A stretch of 64,000 bases of DNA, from assembly GCA_951406725.2 (NCBI GenBank), contig OX597836.1, forward strand, positions 31,186,001 to 31,250,000, given 5' to 3'. A model generated the notes under the pieces. It worked only from the letters and a program-made list of their open reading frames with translations. It ran no database searches and was not told the DNA's origin. A program made the position numbers and the translations under genes. Below are positions 1 to 10,817 of this stretch, in pieces (the first letter of the stretch is position 1; each line of letters begins with the position of its first letter). Source of the stretch: Octopus vulgaris (taxonomy: Eukaryota).

Positions 1-735
1 ATGACCATACCAGCACAGTCGTCTCTCTTGCACACCACATCTAATGCTTCTTATGTTCAACTTTTCTCTCAGGGCACTTACATTCTGTTGTGTATGCACA
101 CTAACATTACACATCCATCAGAGCATACCAGCTTCATTTCTTGCAAGCTTACACATGTCCTCAGCAATCACAGCCCATGTTTCACTGCTGTGTAGCACAG
201 CTGTGTGCACACATGCATCATACAGTCCACCTTTCACTCTGAGTGAGAGGCCCTTTGTTACTAGCAGAGGTAGGAGTTCTCTGAACTTTGCCCAGGCTAT
301 TCTTATTCTAGCAGCTACGCTCTCAGAGCATCCACCCCCATTATTGATTTGGTCACCAAGATAACAGAAGCTATCAACGACTTCAGGTTTTTTTCCCTGG
401 CATGTGACAGAAGCTGTTTTCTGCACATTTTCAGTGTTTATTGCCCCTGTGCATTTGCCCTCACAAAAACTACCTTCCCAGTTAGCCTTCCTTTGATATT
501 ATTACACCTCTTGTGTGTCCATAGTTTACACTGCGTGCATCTTATGGAGTTTCTACTTACACCTTTTCTACAGACCGAGCAGGGCCATCTGCCTGAAGGG
601 AATTGTGATTTGTCTGCCTTCCTACTTTCTAAGACTTTGGTTTTTGCTAGATTCACTCAATTCTAGATCTGAAACTTCTCCTCTAGTTCTGATAGTGTCT
701 CAGCTATTAGAGCAAGGTCATCAGCATCATCATAT
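1..735 (-). mobile_element. RTE-clade LINE reverse transcriptase fragment, frameshifted
   Basis: Minus-strand peptides ADDLALIAETLSELEEKFQ, NLAKTKVL, EVVDSFCYLGD...ARIRIAWAKFRELLPLL...LHSSETW. Confidence 0.88.
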
Positions 736-1009
736 GTATGTGTCTGTGTCTTTGTGCCTGTGGTTGTCTCCTATCACTGCTTGACAACCAGCATTGGTTT
801 GTTTATGTTTCTGAACTTAACTATTTGGCATAAAAGACATTTAGAATAAGTACCAGGTTTTTAAAATGTTGGTTCTTTAGTTGATTTCTTTGACTAAACT
901 GTTCAAGATAATGCTCCAGAATGGTTACAGTCCAATGACTGCAACAAGTAAAAGATCAAAAATAGTTTCTAATTTTTACTTTTGTTTAAACATTTCATAA
1001 ATTACAGTT

Positions 1010-1812
1010 CTATTTAAGAGATGAGGAATTATGCACATTATTTATATTTACCTTATTTACATTTGATGGATATTTGTCTTCATCTTGTTTGTTGTTAACA
1101 CAACATTTCAGCTGATATACCCTCCAGCCTTCATCAGGTGTCTTGGGGAAATTTCGAACCTGGGTTCTCATTCCTAAGGTATTTTTCGATATTATTATTA
1201 TTGAGAAGACCCGGCAAGCCAAATGAGACCATAACCTCGTGGCCTATGCCAGGGGCGTAATCAGCCTACTTATGCGTACCTTTCCTTCATTGGACACTAA
1301 ACTCTGCTTCTGAAAACCTGTTGAGGCGAGTGAAATTGAAATCAAATTCGTTGACTGGCATCCGTGCTAGTGGAGCGCTAAGAGTACCATACGAGCATGA
1401 TTGTTGCCAGAGCAGCTAACTGGCTTCTGTGCCGGTGGAACGTGAAAAAACATTCGAGCGAGGTCGTTGCCAGTTCCGCTGGACTGGCTCCTGTGCAGGT
1501 GGCACGTAAAAAACACCATTTGAGCGTGGCCGTTGCCAGTACCGCTTTACTGGCTCTCATGCTGGCGGCACGTAAAAGCACCCACTTGGCATTAGGAAGG
1601 GCATCAAGCTGTAGAAACTCTGCCAGATCAGATTGGAGCCTGGTGCAGCCATCTGATTTGCCAGTCCTTAGTCAAATCGTCCAACCCATGCTAGCATGGA
1701 GAACGGACGTTAAACAGTGATGATGATAATGATGATTCAGGTCACTGCCTGGAATTGAACTCGGAATCTTGGGGTTAGTAGCCTGCGCTCTTAACCACTA
1801 CGCCATATGCCC
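1010..1812 (-). mobile_element. tRNA-headed SINE-like element with hammerhead-motif tail, interrupted by a LINE 3' fragment (1203-1736)
   Basis: A box TGGCGTAGTGG (1805-1795), B box GAGTTCAATTCC (1762-1751), (AAT)n linker and tail at 1010-1200. An uninterrupted copy lies at 15121-15356. Confidence 0.75.
1203..1736 (+). mobile_element. LINE 3'-end fragment with (TGA)n tail. Related tails at about 13510-13700, 13950-14180, 33595-33835, 36023-36225(-), 41165-41480, 45745-45912, 48605-48850(-), 51160-51420, 55443-55630(-)
   Basis: Shared GGAAGGGCATCCAGCTGTAGAAAC...CAACCCATGCTAGCATGGA...GTTAAA(CGA)TGATGATG 3' end with variable 5' truncation. Confidence 0.75.
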
Positions 1813-1858
1813 ATGGGCATAACTTAGGAATGAGAACCCAGGTTTGAAATTTCCCCAA

Positions 1859-1903
1859 GACACCTGATGAAGGCTGGAGGGTATACCAGCCGAAACGTTG
1901 TAT
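1859..1903 (+). ncRNA. Minimal type-I hammerhead ribozyme motif in the inverted tail copy (1822-1951)
   Basis: GACAC-CTGATGA-A-GGCTG(loop)CAGCC-GAAAC-GTT-GT(A)TT. Confidence 0.6.
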
Positions 1904-2007
1904 TGCCAACAAACAAGATGAGGAAAAATATGTGTCAAAAGTAAATAATGTATTTTGTAAATTAGTTCATTAATTGATTGATTGATTTGTTCATCTATTG
2001 TTGATAG

Positions 2008-2075
2008 GTGCCCAGAAATTTGTTGAAGGTTATGGAAAACATGGTGCTTTTGATACGGAAAACAAAGATAAATGA
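2008..2075 (+). CDS. Probable terminal coding exon of an enoyl-CoA hydratase/crotonase-family gene (GAQKFVEGYGKHGAFDTENKDK*)
   Basis: Pyrimidine-rich TAG acceptor at 2005-2007; peptide resembles the C-terminal GAxxFxxGxGRHGxF motif of one crotonase subfamily; TGA at 2073-2075; AATAAA at 3033-3038. Upstream exons would lie left of the window. Confidence 0.55.
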
Positions 2076-2241
2076 AAACCTGATTTTGTATATAAGTGGT
2101 TTTGGAGAATTTTATTTTTTTCGCTGAAGTGATTTGCCTGACATCAAAACCAACAACTGTTATATCTAACCAAAGGATATTGCTCTTCCTCCACACTGCC
2201 AGTCCAAGAGAGTTCTCCAGGAGAATCATCATTGATTCAGC

Positions 2242-2265
2242 AATTCATACTGTAATGATATTTGA

Positions 2266-2304
<39 letters not shown>

Positions 2305-2836
2305 AACAACGCATTATAATGTGTAAGCTCCAGATCCGGGGCCACGGTTCATCGTTTTAGATTCCTCCAATTCATACTGTATTTGATGCAGTATGTGTGT
2401 GTGTGTGTATGTATGTGCATAAACTATGCACTATAATGTGTAAGCTCCAGATCCGGGGCCACGATTCATCGTTTTAGATTCCTCCAATTCATACTGTATT
2501 TGATGCAGTATGTGTGTGTGTGTGTATGTATGTGCATAAACTATGCACTATAATGTGTAAGCTCCAGATCCGGGGCCACGGTTCATCGTTTTAGATTCCT
2601 CCAATTCATACTGTATTTGATGCAGTATGTGTGTGTGTGTGTATGTATGTGCATAAACTATACACTATAATGTGTAAGCTCCAGATCCGGGGCCACGATT
2701 CATCGTTTTAGATTCCTCCAATTCATACTGTATTTGATGCAGTATATGTGTGTGTGTATGTATGTGCATAAACTATGCACTATAATGTGTAAGCTCCAGA
2801 TCCCGGGCCACAGTTCATCCTTTTAGATTCCTCCAA
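2242..2836. repeat. Tandem minisatellite, 5 units of about 117 bp, each containing a (TG)n tract
   Basis: Unit starts at 2242, 2369, 2486, 2603 and 2720 (AATTCATACTGTA...GATTCCTCC); near-identical copies. Confidence 0.95.
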
Positions 2837-4362
2837 CAGTCTGAACTAAATTAAAAGACAAAAGCTTTCAGATTTTGCTTCCTAGTGGAGGTCTGTGCTT
2901 CCCCAGTTGATTGAACGTCCTTGTTTATTGGAGTATTTTCAATGATTGATTTTCCCACGGAGGTTTGAGAGAGAAACCATAAGCCGTTGACTTGTTAATA
3001 TTGCCTTTATTTTTTAAGTTTTTTTTTCCTAAAATAAAATGCTTTTTTTATAGCTTATGATGCTGTTGTTTTTCCCTTTTTTTTTTCCTGTTTTGTTTTT
3101 AACAACTTATTCAGTGGGTGTGGATCAGCAACTTTAATAGTTTCCCAGAGCCTCTGTGAGTATTGGATGGACGAAAGAAAGTTATTCTGAGTCTAGAGAT
3201 TTGACAGAAATACTTGCAACAGAGTGGACTCTATTAAATGCACCTGAAAGTCAGGTGAAACATTTGCATTTATTTTTGTGATTGTGTGGTAAGATGTTTA
3301 CTTCCCAATTACATGTTTCTGGGTTCAGTCCTTCTGCATGGCAGCTTGGTCAAGTGTCTTATACTATAGTCCTGGAACAACCAAAGCCTTGTGAGTAGTT
3401 TTTAGTAGAGGAAAACTGAAAGAAGCCTGTCTTATATACAAGTCATCCTCAACTTATGACCGATTGACTTTATGACGATTGGCGCACCAGCTTCCGGCAG
3501 CAATAATACACAGTTCAGTTGAAATCTAATGGGTTTAATCTCTTATAAATTAACCTGTCTATGGTTGATGTTAGTTAATAAACACTTCCCCTAGGTTTGG
3601 TTATCAATCCGCCACTATGGTTATCCCAAGTACTTATTCTATCATTCTCTTTTGGTTGTCAAGCGATGTTGGGGGGGCAAACACAGACACATACATATAT
3701 ATGTATACATGTATACGACGGGCTTCTTTCAGTTTCCGTCTACCAAATCCACTCACAAAGCTATGGTCGGGCCGAGGCTATAGTAGAAGACACTTGCCCA
3801 AGGTGCCATGCAGCGGGACTGAACCCGGAACCATGTGGTTGGTAAGCAAGCTACTTACCACACAGTCACTCCTATGCCTATGCGTAAGTTGACAACCTGT
3901 ATATATATATGTATATATATATTGAATAGAGAGATATACGTATGCATGTGTGCGTTGCCTTGTATTACTATCACGTGATAGTTGTAAAATGGTTGTCATT
4001 GTCATACAAGCAGTGTCACTCATTTTAATATTCTATGCAAAGCATCTCTGGCCATGGGGTAATATTACCTTTCTTGGAAACAGGTGAGGGTTGGCAACAG
4101 GAAGGGCATCTGGCCATAGAATATCTGCCTCAATAAACTTTGACACATGCAAGCATGGAAAAACGGTCATCAGAATGATGATGGCAGCGTTGACAGCATG
4201 GTGGGGGAAGGAAGGAAGGAGCCATGGTCTTTGCAGAGCCTCCAAGACTGGTGAAATTGATTCTGTTTACTGTTCAGCTTAAACTGATGCAAGTCAACAC
4301 CTGCAGCAAAAACATGAACAAAGAATGGGCACTTTTATGTGCCACTGGAACAGGTGCCATTT

Positions 4363-4594
4363 GTAGGAGAGTCCAGTTTGCTGGACATTGTTGTAGAGCT
4401 GAAAACGAGGCAATTTCTACTCTTCTCCTCTGGAAGCCATCTACTCGCGATACCAGAGGGCGCACACTCTCCTACTCTGATGTAATCTCCAGGGATACAG
4501 GCATCCAGCAACAGGACCTCCGTAATGCTATGATGGACCGTGAAGTCTGGCGTAGCATAGTAAATTCTACAGTCGAACAATGATGATGATGATG
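4363..4594 (+). mobile_element. RTE-like LINE 3' end ([13 protein letters not shown]...RGRTLSY...[12 protein letters not shown]) with (TGA)n tail
   Basis: C-terminal RTE-type peptide; near-identical copy at about 45993-46253. Confidence 0.8.
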
Positions 4595-5526
4595 CCATTT
4601 GTGTGATACCAGAATCTGCCATGACTGTGATTTTACCGGCTTGATGGGTCTTCTTCTCAAGCATGGCATAATGCCAAGGGTCTCAGTCATTTGTTATTGT
4701 CTTTGTGAGACCCAACACCCCAAACACTCGAAAGTCGTTTCGTATCTGTTTTAATAAGCGGTTTTCTTTTATTGGTTTCAGTCATTTGACTGCAGCCATG
4801 CTGGAGCATCGCCTTGAAGTGTTTTTGCTGAAGAATTCGACTCCAGGACTTAGTTTTTAAGCTCAGTACTCTTTGTCGAACTGCTAAGTTATGGGGACAT
4901 AAGCACACCAACACTGGTTGTCAAGTGATGATGGGGAAGGAGGGACAAACACAAAGACACACACACACAGACACATACATATGTATATATATATATACAC
5001 AATGGGCTTCTTTCAGTTTCCATCTATGAAATCCACTCTCAAGGCTTTGGTTAGTCCAAGGCTATAGTAAAAGACACTTGCCCAAGGTATCCCGCAGTGG
5101 GACTGAACCTGGAACCATGAGGTTGGGAAGCAAGCTTCTTACCACACAGCCTTATACATACATGTTTTCCAATGTATTATATTTAATTTCAACTTCAGTA
5201 TTAATTTTTAGGTGTTACTTTTTTCATTTTTTTATGCTTTTAAATATATTCATAGAAATCAATGTAAAGGTGGATAAATTACCTGAAGTTGAGGTTTATT
5301 TTTCCATTAATTTCTTTAAAAAAAATTACCTAAAGTTGAAAAAGACATAACTCAAAATGATATTTGCCCCATTTGAAGTCTTGTTGTTATAAAAAGAAAT
5401 TTCTCTTTCATATCTAACCATGTGGTATGGTGCCTTGGGCAAGTGTCTTCTACTATAACCCTGGACCAACCAAAGGCCTGTGAGTAGATTTGGTGGAGAG
5501 AAACTGTAAGTCCATCATGATATATA

Positions 5527-6730
5527 TGAGGTCTGACCAATAAGTATCCAAATTGTTGCCATAGTGATAAAGCTAAAGCATGCATAGGGAAGCTGCTTGG
5601 TACAGATTGGCCTTGAACTCTGCTGTGCATGCACACTAAGTTTTAACGTTCTAGCTCGCTTCAACTGTTTACAGCAGTGCTTAGAAGGAAGGTGTGTAGC
5701 GTGTGATTGTTGCATTGACCATGACAGAGAAAGTTATGGCAATATCTGCCCAGGGGCCTTCGCAAAGTTGTAGAAAGTGTATGGAGAGGAGTGTATGAGT
5801 TGCACACAAGTGTATAAGGGATTCAGACGTTTCCAAGATGGCCTAAAAAATGTCGATATTGACAAACGTTCTGGGAGACCCCCAACCAGCAGAATTGAGA
5901 AAAAGATCAAAGATGTTTGTGCAGCTGTGAGGGGAAATCGTCGAATCAGCATCCGTGAGTTATCAGAGGATGTGCAGATTAGTTACGGTTCAGTTCAGTC
6001 CATTATCACTGAAGATTTGGCTGTGAGACGCGAACAATTGACGAACTTGTTGATATGAATGGTGTGTCCTGAAGCTCCTGCCAACGAATTTTGAGCGATG
6101 AATCTCGAATGAAAAGAGGTACAGCAAGATTTGTGCTTCATTTACTCACGGAAGATCGAAAGCAGTCATGACTGAATGCGTGTTGCGAACTGAAAGAACA
6201 GCTCAAAGTTGGTCTTGCTCCCCGCGACATTTTTTTTTTTTTGTTACCCCAAATGAAAAGAAGTCCTTAAAAGAAAACTTTTTGCAGATGTGAAAAAGGT
6301 GAAGAAAAATAAAAAAGACGACGACGACGTACTAATTTTTTTTTTTAAGCCTGCTATTTATTCTACGGGTCTCTTTTGCCAAACCACTAAGTTATGTGGA
6401 TGTAAACTTGCCAACACCAGTTGTCCAGCAGTGGTGCAGGGACAAACACAGACACATATTCGATGAGCTTCTTTCAGTTTCCATCTACCAAAGTCACTCA
6501 CAAGACATTTGCCCAAGATGCCATGCAGTGGAACTGAACCCAGAACCACGTGGTTGGGAAGAAAACTTATTTCGCAAGAGTTCCAGGACTGCTTCCGACA
6601 GTGGAAAACGTGCCTGGATCGATGCATTGCTTCAAATGAAGAATACTTCGAAAGCGGTAAAAATGTAAACACGTAAAATTAAGTGAACAACATAACATTG
6701 CAAAATTCCGGTTTCTTTTGGGTACCTCTT
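5527..6730 (+). mobile_element. Degenerate Tc1/mariner transposase fragments (probably two elements), interrupted by a SINE at about 6345-6565
   Basis: HTH peptide YGEECMSCTQVYKGFRRFQDG...RSGRP...RRISIRELSE (5777-6058) and C-terminal FQDCFRQWKTCLDRCIASNEEYFE (about 6580-6655). Confidence 0.85.
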
Positions 6731-7639
6731 TGTTGGAATAAACTACCTGCGTCAGTTGTTGACTGCCATGACACTGCATCCTTTAAGGCCCTCATGCTTT
6801 CCGAAATCCGCCGAAACTACACCTGATTAATATATACAGTTTAGATGAGTTGTAGTGCACCTGAGCACTGTACACAATGTTTTATTATTATTATATACAT
6901 TCAATCACACATCTTTATTTAAAACAGAACCTTCCCCCCTCTCTCCACCCATCTCAATCTCATTATCTCTTTCTCCCTCACACTTTTCCCCCTCTCCCTT
7001 CCACAATCATGTCCAGGTAGACTGCTGTCACCTGAATTCTGACATGCAGAACACAAATTAAAAAAAAAAAAAAAGACGAATGTAAGGGACATAACTCTAA
7101 ATAGTCTTGCATTCAAATTATGGAACTAGTAGTTCAATAATGCAAACGTTATTAATATCATGGTTGAAAAACGCATGTGGGTAACCTTAATATTATTTAT
7201 TTTTTGCTGTATTTTATTCTTGGGTTTCGTTTCCCATTTTTTTTTTTTACATCTCTGAGACTTGTACACCAGGTGTCGTGTTTTCAGACCTCCCAATACA
7301 AAAGAGACCAAGCCATTTCTGCCACCTGTTAAAGTCACCCTTCCACACTTCAAAAGCTTTTTGATACGAAACTGTTTGCTAACATGACTTGGGAATTATG
7401 AAGCTAAATTTATAATACTGTATAAGTATATCCACTGTATATTACCTATTATACGAGAGCCGGCTTCGAATAGAAACCTTCTTGAAGGAAAAGTTGACTA
7501 GAGAGAAATTATAGAGAGGACACGTAGGATTTTCTACCCCACACGGTAAGTTCACCGTCATCTATTTTTTGTCGCTATTTCTAAGTAATACGGCGGAGGA
7601 CTGGAATAGCACGCTCACATAACTGGCCCGCCCAAATAT

Positions 7640-8060
7640 AATAATAATAATAATAATAATAATATATTGTATACAGTGCTCAGGTGCACCACAACTTGTC
7701 AAACAGTGCGTATAGAGTATATGCAGTAATGTACAAATGTCTGGAAAGCGAGCAGTGTATGAGTCAAATACATGCTTGTGTGTGAATAGAGGGGTGAAAA
7801 TCAGGTGTAGTGTTGGCGAATCTCAGAAAGCATGGAAGTTTTGAAGGATGCAGTGCTCCGACAACTAACAATTGATGCCGGCAGTTTGTTCCATGCTTCA
7901 GCAACTCTCAGCGTGAAAAAATGTTTCCGAAAGTCATGGGAGCTGTGCTGTTTTCTGACTTGGTAAATATGTCCACGGGTGTTAGACAGGTGGAGTTTGA
8001 AAAGGTGCTCAGAGTTATTGTTAGTAAGATGGTTAATAATTTTATGGGTGTCTGCCATAT
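7640..8060 (-). mobile_element. CR1-clade LINE 3' end with (TTA)n tail; shorter copy at about 12152-12367
   Basis: Peptide NTRGHIYQVRK...RKHFFTLRVAEAWNKLPASIV...ASFK is typical of the CR1 ORF2 C-terminus. Confidence 0.85.
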
Positions 8061-9280
8061 CTAAAGAAAAATCCTCAAGAAACCGAGAAAATTCAATTTA
8101 TGTGGTCGTGCCATTCCAGACCTCCGCCAGTAATACAACGCAGTCCAAACAACAATCTCTTTGGATTTTGTTTTATCGTGTATGAATGTGTGTATGCAAC
8201 ACATACACACAACATGTATATATGTATATTTGTGTCCATGCATACGCATTCGTCTCTGTGAAATATATTTAAGAATCATTTAATTAGTTTAATGAATTTC
8301 AAATTTTCCTTCAATTTTCAATTATGGCGTCACAATATCGGTAACGTTTCTTTAGAACCTTGCTTTCACTATATTTTTCAGTCTTTTTCAACCTTTCGCT
8401 GTAATTAGAAGCTTGGGTAGAGGTGGAACATAGGGGCACATCCAAACACCTAATGACTGGTGGGGAGCTAGAGTCATCTTCATCCCTCAAAATCACAACC
8501 TATAATTTCATGTAGATACGCATGCGTTAGACAAATAAAGAACAACATGCCTTCAAATCATACTCCTTCCTCATGTATAGACCTATATGTAAGATTGATC
8601 CAAATTTAAGTACACAAGACAGTAGCTAGACGTGTTACAAATACTTCCGTCTCCCCCTTTTTTTAAGTACACACACAGATATACTCAACTACTAGATATA
8701 TCACAAGAATCTTCCTTAAATCGTACCTTGTGTCATATATGTATACATGTATAAGCCACAAAGGTAGACTGCAATTTTGTAGCACAGTCTTTGAGAAATA
8801 TCAGCTAATTCATCTTCAAATAACATTACAGCGTCTTGTGTAGCATATATATATTTCGTTTTTGGATTTGGTTTGCAAGATTCTTTATATGAGTTCGTGT
8901 GTTGAAGCATATTCTGTTGTGTCTGGGGAGAGTCATTCTCTTTTAGTGCCTTATTTAACACACTCACCGGTAAAATTTCCACTTATTTCTTGTTTTTATT
9001 TTCTAAAATTTTCGTTGCGCCTTGTAACATTTTCAATAGTCTTGACTCTCTCTCTATATATATATATGATCACAGGGAGAGGCAAACAATTTGGTGAAAC
9101 TTGACAAGGATATTTAATTTAATTTAGCTTCTTTCTACATTAACCTATGGCTACTGACGCAAGGGGAAGCCGTTTTGGATGAGGCAGTCACAAAACCATA
9201 ACTTCAACTGCCATTCACACCGGAATTTTAATGGCATGCCTATTTGAGCACTCAGAGTACACACCTACTTTATATATATA

Positions 9281-9415
9281 TAAAGAATAAGGAGAAAATG
9301 GAGAAGTAATTAATAAAATTATTTATTAATTATAAAATATGATAGCTGTCAGAGATGTCATATTTTATAATCAATAAATGTGTTTATTACCTCTCCATTT
9401 TCTCCTTATTCTTTA
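9281..9415. repeat. Fold-back inverted repeat with arms of about 60 bp
   Basis: 9281-9304 is the exact reverse complement of 9392-9415; inner arms 9329-9342 and 9358-9371 also match. Confidence 0.85.
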
Positions 9416-9514
9416 AATATATAAATATATGAACCACGGTTTATATGGTTACCTTATAGTCGAACTTTCTATTGGATTTATGGTCCCTCAATGAGGCTTA
9501 TTCCTGTACTTGAT

Positions 9515-9570
<56 letters not shown>

Positions 9571-10124
9571 CATACATACATATACGATGGACTTCTTTCA
9601 GTTACTGTCTACCACATCCACTCACAAGGCTTTGGTAGTCCCGAAGTAGAAAGTACTTGCCCAAGGTGCTAAGCAGGGGGACTGAACCCGGAGCCATGTG
9701 ATTGGGAAACAAGCTGCTTACCACAGCCACGCCAGTAGTTGACGTATTCCACAGTCTTTGATAGTAGTTCATATATCCGAAAAAGCACACTCTAAAACAA
9801 TACAGCAGTAATATATTTTTAGAAAGTTGATTATTATGGTCACTCTCTGACTGGCCATAACAATCAACATTATCTCTCGATATATATATATATGTTTTTA
9901 AAAGGCTCGCTTCGAGAGTTGCATTCCCTCGTGTTCGGTACAAAATGCGTTTATTATGGTAGTTTTGAATTTAAGAGTCCCTCCTAGCGTGAGGCATTTA
10001 TGTATAGTAATGCCCTTAATATAAATAAATATATTTAAGGGAAATAATTACTAATTATTTCCCTTATGAGGTTCTTCACGCTAACTACTTGATAATTTCT
10101 TATAAAGATTTTATCAGGAGTCGC

Positions 10125-10480
10125 TATGTAGTAAGTAACTTGCTTACCAACCACATGGTTCTGGGTTCAGTCCCACTGCGTGACACCTTGGCTAAGTGTC
10201 TTCGATAGCCTCGGGCAGACCAAAGCCTTGTGAGTGGATTTGGTAGACGGAAACTGAAAGAAGCCCGTTGTATATATGTATGTGTGTGTATTTGCTTGTG
10301 TTTCTGTGTTTGTCCCCCCAACATCGCTTGACAACCGATGCTAGTGTGTTTACGTCCCCGTAACTTAGCGGTTCGGCAAAAGAACCCGATAGAATAAGTC
10401 CTGGGGTCGATTTGCTCGACTGAAGGCGGTGCTTTAGCAAGACCACAGTCAAATGACTGAAACAAGTAAAAGAATAAAAG
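10125..10480 (+). mobile_element. tRNA-derived SINE family A (representative). About 20 copies or fragments, e.g. 3275-3435(+), 3625-3880(-), 4765-5152(-), 9585-9735(-), 13117-13502(+), 15767-15925(+), 25145-25300(+), 30025-30185(+), 34215-34382(-), 37440-37600(-), 40415-40580(-), 42880-43572(-), 47760-48175(-), 52810-53085(+), 59660-60000(+), 60485-60852(-)
   Basis: Recurrent GGCTGTGTGGTAAGTAGCTTGC...GGTTCAGTCCCACTGCGTGGCACCTTGGGCAAGTG...GGAAACTGAAAGAAGCCC head, central (TA/TG)n tract and GAAACAAGTAAAAGA tail. Confidence 0.9.
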
Positions 10481-10817
10481 AAATATATATATATTTTTTG
10501 TGTGTGTGAACTAAAGGAGCTTCTATATCTATCACTGTAATGGACGGAGTTACTTCCCTTCAGTTGTAAGCTTGTTACTTTTACTTAACTAATCATCCGA
10601 AAGGATGAAAGGCAAAGTCGACCTCGACGGAATTTGAACTCAGAACGTAGCGGCAGACGAAATACCGCTAAGCATTTCGCCAGCGGTAAACGTTTCTGCC
10701 AGCTCGCCGCCTTCTTACCACACAATCGCACCGGTTGTTATAGTATAATATAACATGGTATCAGAATAAGGTAACCTCTTATCACAAAAGGAAGAAGGCT
10801 CAAACACACAATTACTG

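Noticed and set aside
1736-1812. tRNA gene
   Set aside because: A and B boxes are present but there is no proper acceptor stem or terminator; it is the head of a dispersed repeat. The same applies to the other SINE heads.
2242-2836. Regularly spaced repeats resembling a CRISPR array
   Set aside because: Whole units are repeated with no unique spacers; eukaryotic context with no cas genes.
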